Position numbers and translations under genes: made by a program. The notes below the pieces were generated by a model. It saw only the letters and a program-made list of their open reading frames with translations. It searched no databases and was not told where the DNA came from. A DNA stretch of 64,000 nt, from positions 285,634,001-285,698,000 of the forward strand of contig OZ024743.1 of NCBI GenBank assembly GCA_964016885.1, in the 5' to 3' direction. Within the stretch, counting starts at the first letter, position 1; every line of letters starts with the position of its first letter. Of this stretch, positions 48,105 to 62,640 are shown piece after piece. This stretch comes from Eledone cirrhosa. Its lineage: Eukaryota.

Positions 48105-49774
48105 TACATATACTACTTCTTCCCGGGAGATGGCGAATGAAATTCACCAAATCTTCAACGATACTGACCAACACATCGATTTCACCATCGAACACCCAGG
48201 AGAAGACGGGTCACTCGCCCTCCTCGACTTCCGTATCAACATCTCGGAAGAAGGAGACATAAACACCACTTTCTACCGCAAAGCAGCGTGCAAGGACTTA
48301 TTTGTGCATTATAACTCAGCCCTCCCCAACAACGCTATGAGAGGCTATGTCCTAAATGAACTGACACGGATCACTAACAGATGCAGCGACCCGATGGGTG
48401 GTCTCACCCATACCACGCAATTCCGTAATCTACTCAGATCTAATGGTTATCCCAAGCGACTGATTAACGGAATTAGAGACCCCAGACCCAGTAGACTGAC
48501 ACCCACTAGAAAACTTAATATTAGCAGGTGCTTCTTTAAAATCCCCCACCTGAGTGAATATACCACGAACGCCATCCGCAGGGCCATACGGACGGAGGGA
48601 CTTGACATACATTTGGCCCACACAGGACCTTCGCTGCGAAGATGCCTCTCCAACAAACCCTACGAGGCAGATGGGACGTGTTCCCTCAGCAACTGCCCGA
48701 TACGGGGGGCAGATTGCCTACGCACCTATGTCGTATATAAGATTCAATGCGATAAATGTAACAAGTTTTACATAGGTAGCACCATCCGACCCCTACATGT
48801 TCGTATCAAGGAACATATCAACACCAACGCATCTTCCTTCCGTAAACATATCCTTAAATGCGGAAACCCACAGGGTAGACCCTTGGTCACAGTCCTAGCG
48901 ACTGAACGCAGCATCGGATCCTTAAGGATAAAGGAAGCACTTGTTATTAAGAACCTCAGACCCCCACTTAACAACCGGGCTGAGAGAAATGAGCTGACAT
49001 GGCTAACTTAACCATAATGACCGTTCACAGCCTACGGCCTGCTATCTTCACACACACGCACGTATATGCATACCCATACGCATGCACACACACTTCTATA
49101 TTTTACACGCACACATGTTTTTATAACCTACCACCTTTCACACCCTTTGATTTCCAGCTTCTACAGCCCACTATCTTTCACACACAAACGCACTCACACA
49201 TATACACACACAGTTACACACACACATGTATACCCATACGCTTACACACACACACATCTATATTTATACACGCACACATATTTTACAACCTACCACCTTT
49301 CACACACACACACACACACTCACACATATACACACTTACACTTATACACACACAGTCACACACACATATATATTTACATACACATATCTTACGGCTTTCA
49401 CACGCTAACGCACCCTCTTGATTTATCCCATTTGGTCAGTAGCTTTTGCCACAGCTTAACACGCGCACGCGCATTCTTTCCCTCGTTTAAATTTTTAAAT
49501 ATTTTTCTCCCCATAACGGCATTCCTGTCTTAACGACATCACCACTTTCTCCGCTTGGCCTGTTTTCCCCCCTTTTGGAACTTTTCCCCCGTTGATGGGC
49601 GTGAGCCCGAAATATTGGGATTAAATCTCTACTACGGTAACCCTTCTACCTTTGTTTTGTTTTCATCTTTGTCTCTCTCAACTTTCACTTTCACCTGTTT
49701 TTCCTATCTATATTTCACTTCCTACCTCGAGATTTCCCTTTGCATTGTTGTGGCTTTCTTAAATACGTATTTTT
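48105..49774 (+). mobile_element. 5'-truncated Penelope-like element of a second family (Nematis-like, tentative)
   Basis: RT C-terminus and GIY-YIG to 49011, then a CA-rich, internally duplicated 3' UTR. Confidence 0.85.
48112..49011 (+). pseudogene. PLE RT thumb plus GIY-YIG endonuclease (partial)
   Basis: IDFTIE...LALLD, FYRK, NGYP, CSLSNCP...C, VVYKIQCDKC...YIGSTIRPLHVRIKEH, KEALVI...P.LN. Confidence 0.88.
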
Positions 49775-49818
49775 ATATATATATGTATATGTATATATAT
49801 ATATATGTATGTTTATAT

Positions 49819-50424
49819 GTCAGGTCACCAGTTGGTGCTACTGGTAACATGTATCCTAGTACAACCTGTCTCATGGTCGGGTCGTTGGCGACTAAACTGG
49901 CAACCCCACCAAGGGTTCTCGGTGAGGAGGGTGACTTTGGACATCCTGCAGGACTAAAAACAAAACCTTTCAAAGGGCGAAGGAGCTCTTAAGAGTCAAT
50001 GGCCATCCAAAATCACCGGGAGAGATGACCCCTTAGCCTTTGTTAAGGCAGAATTCTAGGAGAAGGAAAGCTCTGATATAACACCTGCAACTCTGATGGT
50101 ATCCAATGATGTTGACTTGTTCTTCTTTTTGGTAAATATCATCTTGGTTAAGAGAGTGGGACTGGCTTTGTGCAGTGCTTTTGCTCACTATAAAAGCTTC
50201 ACGGCACAGGCATTGCTTTATATCTGGAGATCTCTCTGCACTTGTCGTTACATGGTACGATGGGCCCAGCACTGTGTCAATAATTGTCACAAGGGTAGTG
50301 TTTGTACCAGAGTTTTCAAGTTGCTGGCTGGACTAAAAAGTCACACTCGTACAGCGCATCGGTAGGGGTTCTCCTACATGGATATAAAGTAGTGGCCGTA
50401 CTCGAAAATGAGTTGGCAGCCACA
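49819..50424 (+). mobile_element. ~605-bp non-coding, non-autonomous element, copy 3
   Basis: Matches 11849-12457 end to end. Confidence 0.8.
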
Positions 50425-50478
50425 TATATATATGTATATATATATATATGTATGTATATATATATATGTATATATATA

Positions 50479-50784
50479 CTGTATTTGCTGGCCTATTGGA
50501 TGCCCAGTCATTTAAGACACCCCCTGCTTTTACAAGGACATTTCAAGAAAAAAAGAATTTTAGTAGACTTTATAAATTTTTCAGAAACTCTTCTAATAGT
50601 TTGACATCATTTTACTTATATAAATTGTTTTGTATTACTGTATTAGTAATACTAATAGTAATACAAACTAAATTTTTTAAACCATGATTGTCCTCACCCT
50701 CTGTTCGGCCTCCTATCAGTGATATGGGCATATTGGATGCACGGAAGAGTTTTACTGAGTTTTTTGGGGGGCCGGCATATACAG
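50479..50784. mobile_element. Old Tc1/mariner-superfamily (pogo/Tc2-like) MITE
   Basis: Imperfect TIRs ctgtatttgctggcc / ggccggcatatacag, with TA on both sides. Confidence 0.65.
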
Positions 50785-51504
50785 TATCTACTATCTATAC
50801 ATAGGGCATAGTTTTATGATCAGCCAGTTCCATCTCATTAATTATTAAGTAATTTGACCAAGGTTATATATCAATTACAAGTTTCCATGAACTCAATAAG
50901 TTTGCTTATTTGGGAGCTGCAAAACTTGTTAATAATTCTTAATTTCATTATAAATCAATGAGAACATAACCACTCCAAAAAGTGTTCTGGATTTAACACG
51001 TCATTATCCAGTCACTTACTGACATAAATAAACCTAGTGTTCTTTATTAATTGTTGAACTGAAAGGAAAAAACAAGCTGGTATAGAGACCATATGATGAT
51101 AGCTACTGATACATGAGCTTTGTTTCATTCTTGGCAGAAACCTATGGGTTTAATGAGCATTTATTTTTGGGTTGTGACATTATTCATATATTATTAGTTG
51201 ACCTACTTGGAATATCTGGGTTTAGAGACACAAAATTGTATTAATAAAATAAAATTTAGCTTCAGGCTGAAAATAAATTCAAAAGCCTGTTTTATTTTGT
51301 AATGCTTATCCTTAATTTCTGTGTGTGTTTAAGAAAAAAAAATAGGTAAACAAAACTCGGTTTAAATTTTGATTAAAATTAAGAAAAGAAACAGTGAAAT
51401 TGAGGGCCTTTATTCCCTGTAGCAATTCTACCAGTTTAAATATTACAAAATAAACTGTAAAAAAATGACCCATTTAATATTCATTTAAAGAACATACCCA
51501 TGCT

Positions 51505-51555
51505 GTTCCAGACCCATGCTAGCATGGAAAATGGACGTTAAACGATGATGATGAT
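51505..51555 (+). mobile_element. Old RTE/SINE 3' tail remnant
   Basis: cccatgctagcatggaaaatggacgttaaacgatgatgatgat resembles the RTE tails in the array. Confidence 0.65.
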
Positions 51556-52674
51556 TATCCATTTGTCTTTTAAATATATAACACACTCTTTTCCTGGTTT
51601 GAGAAAGCAGTAAACATCACAACTTTTCATTGTTTCTATTAATATAAAAGTGCATTGATTATGGATGTGGTCTTATTATTTTCTTGGGAGGATCAGCTTA
51701 ACTTAAAAATTTGAGAACTGGGTTAGGATTTGAGGAAAAAATCTGCCACTGTCAATTTATGGTTCAGTGGTTATTATTAGTAAGAAGTGACAGCTATATA
51801 TGTATATGCTCAGCTGTAAAAACACTTGCCCCCAAAATTCAAATACATGCCAATTCCACCATATTCAAAAACAATTATATATATATATATATAAGTAACC
51901 AAGCAAGAGCTGAACGTGGATACATAATCCTGAAATACAAGTATGGAGCGTTCTTTCACATTTATTCAGGTAGTTGCGATCATATCACTATATGTATGTT
52001 TATTTATTATACATAAATATATTGTATATTTAACTTAAATTTAAGTGAACATTTTTTTTTCTGTATAGATTTGTGATTAATATGTTGTGGATGCCACTCA
52101 CTTTAACATGTTCTACTGTATTGTGTACTTAATTTAATCTAGTATGTTATTTTAGAAACATACAATTCTTAGGGATTTTTTTTTGTCTCAAATACATGAT
52201 TTGTCTAGTTTTAGTTCATCATTCTTACCTTTTTCTACAAGTAAGCTGAATTAAGATTTATAATTTTATTTTCTCTCAGCTGTTTTTGTTTTCGCTTATT
52301 TATGGTAATCAATGTAATTTATATCAGCCATATTTAAAGATGTTGAAGTTTTTCGCATGATCATGTCACACATTTCTAGATGTTACAGTTGTAAATGCTA
52401 AGAATTTTTTTCTCTTCTGGCTTATTCAGCAAAGGAAAGTCAGCACCCATAGGTTGTTACATTAAGATTCTTGGTCCAAATGCGTGTAACAGACTTCCAA
52501 GAGTCAGGTGTTGGTGTTAAACCAGACTGGATTGGATTTACCACCCAAGAACGGATACAGTCTAATGAGCTTCAATTCAGTTTAGTTTCCTTACTTTGTC
52601 ACAAGGCTTGGTTGGATTGACTCAAGAGAAGATATCCTTGGTGTATGTGTATGTATATTGTAAATAGTTTAAGA

Positions 52675-52868
52675 AATAATTGTTTCTACATTTGGCACAA
52701 GGCCAGCAATTACTCAGTGCATTACTGGTACTTTATTTTATCGACCCTGTAAGGATGAAAGGCAAAGTTAACCTCGGCGGGATTTGAACTCAGCATGGCA
52801 AGAGCCGTAACTCTATACGTCAAAGGATGGCGTCCAACCCTCTACCAATACTGCCAATCCACCGCCCT
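52675..52868 (-). mobile_element. Degenerate tRNA-derived SINE (Meta-domain-like)
   Basis: Minus strand has B box gagttcaaatc followed by gaggttaactttgcctttcatccttacagggtcgataaaataaagtaccagt. A partial second copy lies at ~58908-58980. Confidence 0.6.
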
Positions 52869-55800
52869 CTAGTTTCAGAAATAATGAAGATTGGATACTA
52901 TTTCTATGTCGGTGAATACATATTTATAAATATTTAGATACAATAAAAATAGAAATGTTTTCATATTGGATTTCATATGCTAAATATTTGAAAATATCTG
53001 CTGAGTCTTCAGCTTTTAGAATATTAAGGGAAAAAATATGGAGCAGAAAAGATATCTCTTGTAACATTAAAACCCAGCTGTACTTTACTTTTATCACCTC
53101 CATAGCAATCTATGCTTGTGAAACCTGAATTCTGAGAAAAGAAGATATGCAAAAACATATTGTCTTTGAAGACAACTCTGAGGAACATGGAAAGCAAGAG
53201 GTTAAGAGACTGTCTGAATGGTTGATATATGAAGAAAACTTGGTGTAAAATCAAATATACTCACTCTAAAAAAAAAAAAAAAAGGTTTGGGATTGTCATC
53301 AGAAGAGATGATAGCTATGTTAGAAAGTCCTATAAGAGTGAATTTCCTGGGAAAAGGCCACTGTGCAAACCTCACAAAAAGCCACTGCTCACACTGGAAA
53401 GGATTGCTCTGGACAAGAAGTGGAAGGGTTTTGTGGACATGAAGTGTGCAAGTATCTCATTGGGATTATGCAATTGAGAAGAGATGAGATAAAGTCTACA
53501 TGATTAAAGAGAGAATTTGTTACTTGATTGCTTTATTTTGCAGGTCAATTCAGTTATTCGATTTCAGTTGAAAGTTATATCTTATCTACTCTTACATTGT
53601 TAATATACTTGAGACAGCTATGGATGTCGCACAATCTCATTCCCTCTCTCTCATCTTTTTTTTTTTCATAGTAAACCTACCTACCTTTTTCTTTTATCAT
53701 TAGTGTCTTGGGAAGCTGTTTAACATTTTATGTTTCTGAATAAAGGGCCTCATTGGTTGGTTTGTGTCCATCTACACTGATTTGTTCAATCCTGATATTA
53801 GTAATGGATTCTTCCTGCTGTTTACTTTTTATCTCTGAGGCATCAGTGAATATTTCTGTTTTTATCTCAAGAATATCAGCCTGGTTCTGGTAATGGGTTC
53901 TGTTGGCTGAAAATGATGGTTCTTTTCTTTCTTCCTTTTTTTATTTTTTATATTATTTGTAAAGTAAATTAGTTTGGCTGAGATACTTTCCATACATATT
54001 TCATAGCAGTAGTTTTGGCTTTTAGATGCACTTAAAACTTCACTAGGTCTTCTGGGAAGATATCAAGCTCTAGATAAGAAAACGGATTCACTCCAAGAAT
54101 ATACCTGACATTCAGCATTTTTTATTGTATATTATATAAATTTGTGTCAATAAGCAAGAAAACAAATAGTCTTTGATCAATTAGTGAATCCCTTTACTGA
54201 GTTGTACTGTGTTGACAACATAAGCTATTTCTTGTTGCTGTTTGTACACAAGCATCATACAGCCTACATTTCATTTTGTGGCAAAAATGTTTTGGTCACC
54301 CAGGTAAAAGAAGCAATCAACTATTTTTATGGAGCCTTAAGTATTTGATAGAACTTGTTGCCTGCGTGCTCTTGCTGTTTACTACTCCTTTCCATCTCCC
54401 ACATACAGAACCTACATTCTTTGTTAGCCTGCTTGAGATCCTGCTACATCTAGAGTACCCATAGGGACATAGGGTGGATTTTCTACCGACTCTTTTGTTC
54501 TATACTGAATAAGGCCATTTCTCTGAAGTGATCAGGATCCTATTTCTTTTGTACTTACTAGGCTCTTAGTTTTTGCCGAGTTGATTTTAAGACATTTTGA
54601 TTCCAAGCTTCCAGGTCAGGAATTTCTTCTCTAATTCTACCATAGATTCAGCTATAAGGGCTAGATCATTCCTATGAGCAGTCAGTTTTAAACTCCTGTT
54701 ATCACCTGGAAGAGGAGGATAATAAGCAGGTGAAGACTAAAAACTGAGTCCTAGTGGACCTCTCAATGCACACTAAATTCCTCACTATAATCATTGTTAA
54801 TTCTTATCTTGCTGACACACATGTATACACACGCACACGCGTGCGCGTTGTGCCTAGTCAGGGCAGGATTTTATTACCATCTTACAACTCGATGTATTGT
54901 TGTGAATATTCAATTGAAGCAGAGTGCCATGCATTTTTGTGGAACAATGATATCCTCGTGTATGTTTGAGTATTCAAACTAGAATAAAATACATAAATGA
55001 AAGAATAAGAAAAACAAAATAACTACTATATTTTGTTTTTCTTATTTTTGTCATTGTTTAACATTATGTATGTATATATATCATCATCATTTAATATTAT
55101 ATATTTTGTAGGTTCTTAGTTAAAAAAAAAACTCCAAGGAGTTCTTGATACATATTAATTAAAATTAATCTGTAAAGTTTATATTTTTATTTCACCATAG
55201 AGCATAAATTCCTGATAAATATATATAATACTGTTTTACACTTCTCCATGCTTGCTGAGTGAGGTAGTTTTTGTTAAAACAATTTTTACAGTTGGATGCC
55301 TGCAACCACTTCACTCTTAACCACTCACCTGTGAAACTTTAGTGATTTTTTTTTTTTTTTTTTTTTTTTTCTTTTGGTCAATCAGGTAAAGTGGAACAAG
55401 CACAATTATCTTCATAGGCACTACACAATGGGTGAAATTTTATTTTAAAAATAAAATTGATTTTTACCTACAGAATATTTAAAATGAATATATGCATGCA
55501 TACACGCATATGCTTTTGTTTTGATTATTCATGCTATTTATTGGGGTTTGGAAGAGAGGGATTATAGTTTTAGTTTCATCTTTTGGAGGGGTGATGTCAG
55601 CAGTAGAGATTGTTGTGATTGCTGCTACTGCTACATTCCATTGACTTTACAATAGCAAAACATGTTATTCTGTTTTCTAGATACCTAAAAAACAGACAAA
55701 AATAAAATAAAAAAGATGTTTGTATGATGTCATTGCCATAGATAATTGAATGGGACCAGGATAATAGTAGTGATGGCATAGCTTCATTCTGGAATTTTAA

Positions 55801-58434
55801 TATTTTGGTATGTGAAGGCACTGGAATGTCCTGAAAATAATAGCATCAACAACACTGACTCTAATGCTTGAGAACAGATAGCTAGCATATTCTTAAATAT
55901 GAATGTATAAGTGTGTGTGTATACACGCACGTACGCGCGCGCACAGACACACACACACAGACACACACACACATTTTTGTCTGATAATGTTGAAATTTTT
56001 TTTCTATTTTCAATTGATTTTAAGGCAGCTGGAATGCTAGAGACAATAGGATGTGAGACTGAGTGTTTATAAAAGTAACTATTTCAATCCCTCACCATCC
56101 TAAGTTCAAAACCTGCTGAGTTTATTATCAGCTCTTTTATTGAGAGACATTAAGGGGTTAGTAATTTAAGTACAAATAATTGCATTCATTGTACTGTTTT
56201 ACTACATTGGTCTTGTGTCTGGTGAAAAGAAATCAATTTTTTTAAACGTATATTTATTACAATTCCTATTGTTATACCAATAGGAAAGAATACTCAATTA
56301 TCACTACCCCAACGAGCCCTCTCAGTGTGGGGGAATGCTTTCTGGTGTGCAGAACCCTGGGTGCAAGCCAACTCGCAGACACAATGGAGAAAACGTAATC
56401 CTGGGGGATAGTGAGGAAGATGCATTGATATAGCCATTCCAGCACACGGTGGCTCACTCTGCCCTAATAGCAGTAAATAGGGGGGCAGTATGGACAGCAA
56501 GAACACTGGAAGTCTCCACCACTACACGTTCAGTGACTGAGTAGTGAGCTTATCTTACAACCAGTTAGGTGGTTAGGTGCAATGGGAATTGAGTCCTTTT
56601 GCCAAGGACACTGCACAGCATTTTTGGCAGGATACAAACCAACTTAATGTTTTATTTAGGCTTGCACCTTATCAATAAAATCAGTTGCCACACCCATTTC
56701 TACTATAGTTGCTTATATCTAATCTAAATTGATATTTCCTAAAGGGTGTCAGGTTCTCTAAGGACTTGACTGGATTCTGTACAGAAGAGGAGCTTTTTAT
56801 ATTTCACTAAGAGTTTCCATATGGACTTCATCTTGAAATTGCAACAAAAGACCTTATTGTCTACTTTTTGAATTTTGCTCAAGTTGTTTTTGAATTCTCG
56901 TAATGTTAGGATTTCATTGTGCTTATGTTAGAAATCATTATTATTGCTGTTGATGTTTTAAGTGTTTATCTGTTTAACAACCTGCTCACAGATAAAACTG
57001 AAGAATATACAAAGAAATTAGTCACCCAAATAAATAGTGGTGGAAATTTTTCAATTTGGGGTTTGTTTATGTAAGTTGGGTATACTGCACTACAATAGTA
57101 ACTTCTGTCTTCCACTTTTCTTCTCATCTGTTTTTCTTTCTTTAGCTCTTTTTTCCTCTTTCTGCATCCCAACCACCCACAACCCCACAAAACTTCATCT
57201 CATTGATATTGTTTAAATTGCTAAGATTGATATAGAATAGTGTTTTAACAAAATAAAAACACTGTATGGTCAGTATTTTACTTGTTTTCTTAGGGCTTAA
57301 AAAATAATCTAAAGAAGCAAAGAATAAAACAAACAGAATTTATGGCATATTGCTTACTCTCATCACTATCTTCTTTCTTTCCTTGTTTTCTTCTATCATA
57401 ATAATTGAGGGCTTTATCTCTAAACTTTAGCACCCCTTATCTGAATGTTTTTATGGCTGTGAAGAATCAAATGCTGGTTATCTGAGAGAAGTTTTCATCT
57501 ATACTTCTATTTATTGCTTCTAACAGTTTGAAAAAGCTTGAACAGATTTGGATCTATAATATAACCACAGTATTCTTAACTTGATTCTGTGTTTAAGTAG
57601 TATAATGTCTGAATAGTGTATTTCATGGAATACTTAAGACTGAAAGCAACACAGAATTTCTGAGACCAATTACGTGCATGTACACGCATACACACTTACT
57701 GTGTGTTAAAGAAAATTAATCTTTTTATCCTTTTTATTTTAATGAAATGTTTTACTCTGTGTAATATGAATAATGGTTGGTTTTTAAACTGGTACCAAGT
57801 TTGTGACTTGTCTCAAATAACTTTTAAGTTTTGTCAAGAAGAGTGGAGAAATCTTTTTAGAACAGTGAAATGTTTGTTTGCTGTGATTTTAAGTTGATCT
57901 GTATTTTGAAAACCAAATGATTATAAGGAATTTCTGAGTGTATATACTATTTTTATTTTATGTTACTGGGAAATGATTGTATATTTGTTGAGATGTAATA
58001 ATGTTTGTAATGTAACATACTCCCTTATGATAATACTGTCCTTGTTTGATTTGGAGAATTTTTGGTATTATTAACCCCCCCCCCCACACACACACACACA
58101 CTTGATTTCAGTGGGGAGGGGGTCCTTTTTTTTTTCCTTTTTTTTGTGCTATCAACTAATCTAACCTCCAAGATTCTGGCAATCAACTTTTTTCCCTGAA
58201 AACGAGGGGAGGGGTGGTTCCCCTCTTTAAGCCTCCCCACCCCCACCCGAGTTTTACCTATGGATTTTTTTTTCACTTCTAGATTTGTAGAAAAGGCAGA
58301 GTAAAAGGGGTGAAAAGACCATCAGTTTTACAGATAGATACATCTCGTGTTTGGTGGGAAATAATCTTTATTTTTTTTATGGACCCCTTAGATAGTTGAA
58401 ATCAACTTTTTCAAGGGTTAGGGTTAAGGTTTTA

Positions 58435-58730
58435 GTTTTCTAGGGAAAAAGTCGATTCCAAGTATGATGCCTGTACATGGGCTACATGGGCATTAAATGC
58501 TGAAGATGTGCAAAATGAGGCTAGGATGTTATACTGGATGTGTAATGTTAGTGTGCATGAATAGTGAAGTACAGATGACTTAAGGAATTCCAAGTGAAAG
58601 TAAGCTGTGGGAAACCTGGACAGAACTGATCTCAGAGAGGAAATGGTGAAGGAATGTAACATTTGGAAAAAAGCTGTGCTGGAGAAGATCCAGCCAACCC
58701 ATGTAAACATGGGAATGATTATATATATAT
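58435..58730 (+). mobile_element. Decayed RTE 3' remnant
   Basis: YDAC...TWALNAEDV...NEARML.WMCN-like peptide and a tail resembling cccatg...catgg. Confidence 0.55.
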
Positions 58731-59597
58731 ATATATATATATATATAATCATGGGCCTCCACACATTTTTTTGTCTACCAAATTCTTGCATGAAGCATTG
58801 ATCAGCCTGAGTTTATTATGGAAAGGTGGGATTGAACCCTAAAGCACATTGGTTGCAGAGTGAACTTTTTAACCTTTTTCCTTAATTATAGTTTAAATTA
58901 TCATTATAATTGTTTCTACTTTTGGCACAAAGCCAGCAATTATTTCAGTGTATTACTGGTACTTTATTTTATCGACCCCGTAATTATAATAATTTTTATT
59001 CATACTGGTATGGAAAAGATTAGTCTGTATTACATCTTTGTCTTTCTTTCTCTCCTTCTCTCAATTGTTATCATCTTAACTGTAAGACCCAAATTTTCAG
59101 CTTTGACATAGTATTTCTTTCCAACGCTATGAATTCTTCCTTAAATAATAACCCTACTATTTCATGAACATATTCCTTTTCAAAAAAAAAAATGATTAAT
59201 TCCTCACTTGATTTTATTAAATTGGTTTTGCCCTGGTTGTCTTTAATTTATTTACCAATTTAATTTTCATTTACTAGAGAAATAGATTAGCTTTTGTTAT
59301 GGTAACTCCATAGCTTGGTTCCAGTTCCTTATATATGCCCTAGGGACTGATAAGATGATCAATGCTGAATTTCTTATAAAATGCACCTCATAATATTTAA
59401 TAAATCTTTAAAAAATTATTTTTGATAGGAATAAACCTATCCAAAATAATTGGAACAAATATTGTGAGTAAAATTATCTGCAGCAACAGTATTAGTTTTA
59501 TGTCCTTATTATGCTGGTATGGATTGGATCTTCATCATGGGTTTACAAAATGACAAGCTTCCACAAGTCTATCTCATCAAACTCAGCGTCTTACAAT

Positions 59598-59659
<62 letters not shown>

Positions 59660-61323
59660 TGTGTATAATGAAATTTACTTCTATTCCCATGCCCAACTTT
59701 TAAAGTGATTTTTAACAACTTCATCTAGATTAAGATTTATGTTAAACTACCAATTTGATATTCAAGAACAAACTAGTTTTGTTTCTAAGAAAAAAAAGGA
59801 AGTTTATAATCTTTCATTTTTAAATACTTTGGTCTATTTTGTTTCATAATAGGTTATTTTGCTGGGATCTGCTCATGGACTTTGACTTACTTTTTTGTTC
59901 TATTGTCTGTATATTAACTGTAGACATGTATGACCTAGTAAAATTTGTGAATGATAATGTTAGATTTGTTGGTTTGTATTAAGTAAATTAGTTGCAAAGT
60001 CTACTGCCATTCACTAACTAGTGTGCCGTCAAGGAAATAGACAATTGGTTGTGTGTCACATCTTGATATTTCCTCCACTATTTCCTCTCTGGAAGTCTAC
60101 TTTGCAATGTGCATTTATTTCAATCCAGTTGGAAAAGGTTAGTTGTCACTAGCTAAAGTGCTTAATTGCTATCAATGCCAAACACTGTTGTGAACAAAGG
60201 CATTTAGCAGTATGTAGTATTTAATTATTTGAAAGAAAGAAGAAAAAAGTGAAAGAGAAAAAAATCTGATCTTCAGCCATTATGTTAATAAAATGGTGTT
60301 AGTGTAGTGTTCAAAAATATTGTTTTTGTGAGTTTCTTTTTACTAGGTACATTGCCAATATTTGTAGGAGATGTGTTTAGTTAAGTAAACCAACCCTGGT
60401 ATGTTATATGGGTTTGAGTGATTGAATGTAGGCATGTGATCTCTAAGAAGCCAGTGCTATCAAAACTCAGAACCTCTATCCTTGTTGGCATCTTTCTGAA
60501 GTCTGATCTGGTAGAAGCAAAAACAGTGAGAAAGAGATAAAGGGTATCAATTGAGCATGGTTGATGATATTAATTGTTACAGTGTTCAGAATGGCAAAAT
60601 ATATAGCTTCGGCACCAGAAATATCAGTATAAGAGGAGTTCAAAAGACAAGATTTGTTTACATCAAGGCCATTTGAGGACAATGGATTGAGAAAAGGGAA
60701 GTGAGATGTTCTTGATATAGGACAAAGATGTTGAAACAACTGTTGGTGATTGTAGGGATTGAGAGAGTTATAGATGCAACAGATGAATTTAGATAAATGA
60801 AGAAGGCAAAAGTTTGAGTCAGTAACTGGAAGTGTTTGTTGATGGTTATCCAGTTGAGAGAAGGAAGTGATGGAGAGTCTAAAAAAAGAAAAATGTAAAG
60901 TGTCAGCACTTTTCGATTTGCTATTATCTTCCTTTTTTTAATACATACATTGCAAAGTCTTAGTATAATTTCCTATACTTGTGTAGAAAGTATTTCAACA
61001 ATATTATTCCAAGGTTTTCCATCTTTTGGTTTTCAACTGTGACCTTGGTGCATGTATATTTCTATACATAGCTAATACTGAAAGTTCTTTCACCGATATA
61101 TGTATAGACAATATTGTTGAATGATTGAGAAAAAGTGAAGAGGTCACTTCCTTTCCAGTTAGTAATAGAAATCTGGAGATCAGTTCCTTAATATTAAAAT
61201 ATTTTAAATAACAGCTGCAAGTTTGCTAAATTTGTAGAAAATTAAACTTTACAAAATTATCCATCTTATTTTAACTTTTTTTCTTTTCTTTTGCTGACAC
61301 AAACCAACACTAATTTCTTTAGA

Positions 61324-61360
<37 letters not shown>

Positions 61361-61719
61361 ACTGTATTTAATTTCATTCTGCTATGTTCTGATTCTAAAT
61401 AACTACTGCAGTCAATTTTATATTTCATTCCTCTAGAGACTGAAGAAATAAGTGCTAGTAATATATTGATGTCAATTCATTGGCTATAATCCTCTCCTAC
61501 AAAAAAGTCTTGTAAGAAATTATTTTCACTAAAAGCATTGAGTTTGCAAAAACATTAAAATCTTAGAATGTCTCTCCTATATTCTGAATTCAAATCCCTC
61601 TGGGGTTGATTTGCTTTTCATCCCCCACACGGTCATATATATATATATGTGGTATACATGAGTCAATACAGTGAATTCTACATAACTATTCACTCATAAA
61701 AAAGTCATCTTTATGACTA

Positions 61720-62640
61720 TCATCATCATTCTTTTATGTCAAGTTTTTCTATGTGTGCATGGGTTGAAGTGGTTTTTTCCAGCAGAGCTTCCCTTTTGCA
61801 TTCCTTCATCCCTTGTGAGGTTCAACATTTTGAGATCTACTCTCAAAACTTCTGCCTAGGTCTACCTAGATTTTCTTCTACTGTGGTTTCCTTCCACTGG
61901 GAACTCCCAGCATTTCTTCAACCATACACATCACATGCCTTTTTTCTTGCACATTACATTTACTTCATCTTAAACCCAGTTTTTCTCTTATCTTATCCAT
62001 GGTCACCATTCATGCACACTAGCATCACAAATTCATCGAAGCCTGCTCACTTCATTTTTTCTCTAGTTGTCACAATATCCTCTGCATTCACTTCCATGCA
62101 ACATCCCATTTCACATGCAAACATTATCGAGCCAACCTTTCATTTGTAGAGAGAAACTAGAGGTAGTAATTTCCTGTTCTTATTCTAACTACTATGTTCT
62201 CAGAGCAACTTCCTCCACTGGTAGTTGAATCACCCATGTATCAGAAGCTATCAGCTACTTTTCTGGATCATTCCTGGAATTGGAGAAAGTTTATTACATT
62301 GGAGTTTTATCTACCAGCTATCCATGTGCATCTGCCACATACAAAGTCTGTCATTTTCATAATTTGACCCATCAGTTTTAGGCTTCTGTTGTTGCTCCTT
62401 TCTGAGCATCACCGTTTCTCTTGTAACAATTAATTATTGTACTGTGATGTCAATCAGGGGATATAACAGCATCATGTATTACTTGATTAGTTATGTGGGT
62501 GAACCCATTCCTACTTCACTAGATGATTTCATCATCTAGGTGACCCTTTGATGATCCAGTTACTTTTCCATCTTTCATCTTTCCATTACTTCTTTAACCT
62601 TGTAACTGTCAATAACCAGTTCCTTTGTTAAGTCTACCAG
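61720..62640 (-). mobile_element. Decayed RTE remnant
   Basis: catcatcat tail, cctaggtctacc (GRPR on -), and degenerate similarity to the RTE RT C-terminus. Confidence 0.45.

Noticed and set aside
58414-58434. Telomere-like agggttagggttaagg
   Set aside because: Only 2-3 degenerate units, which is too short to call an interstitial telomere.
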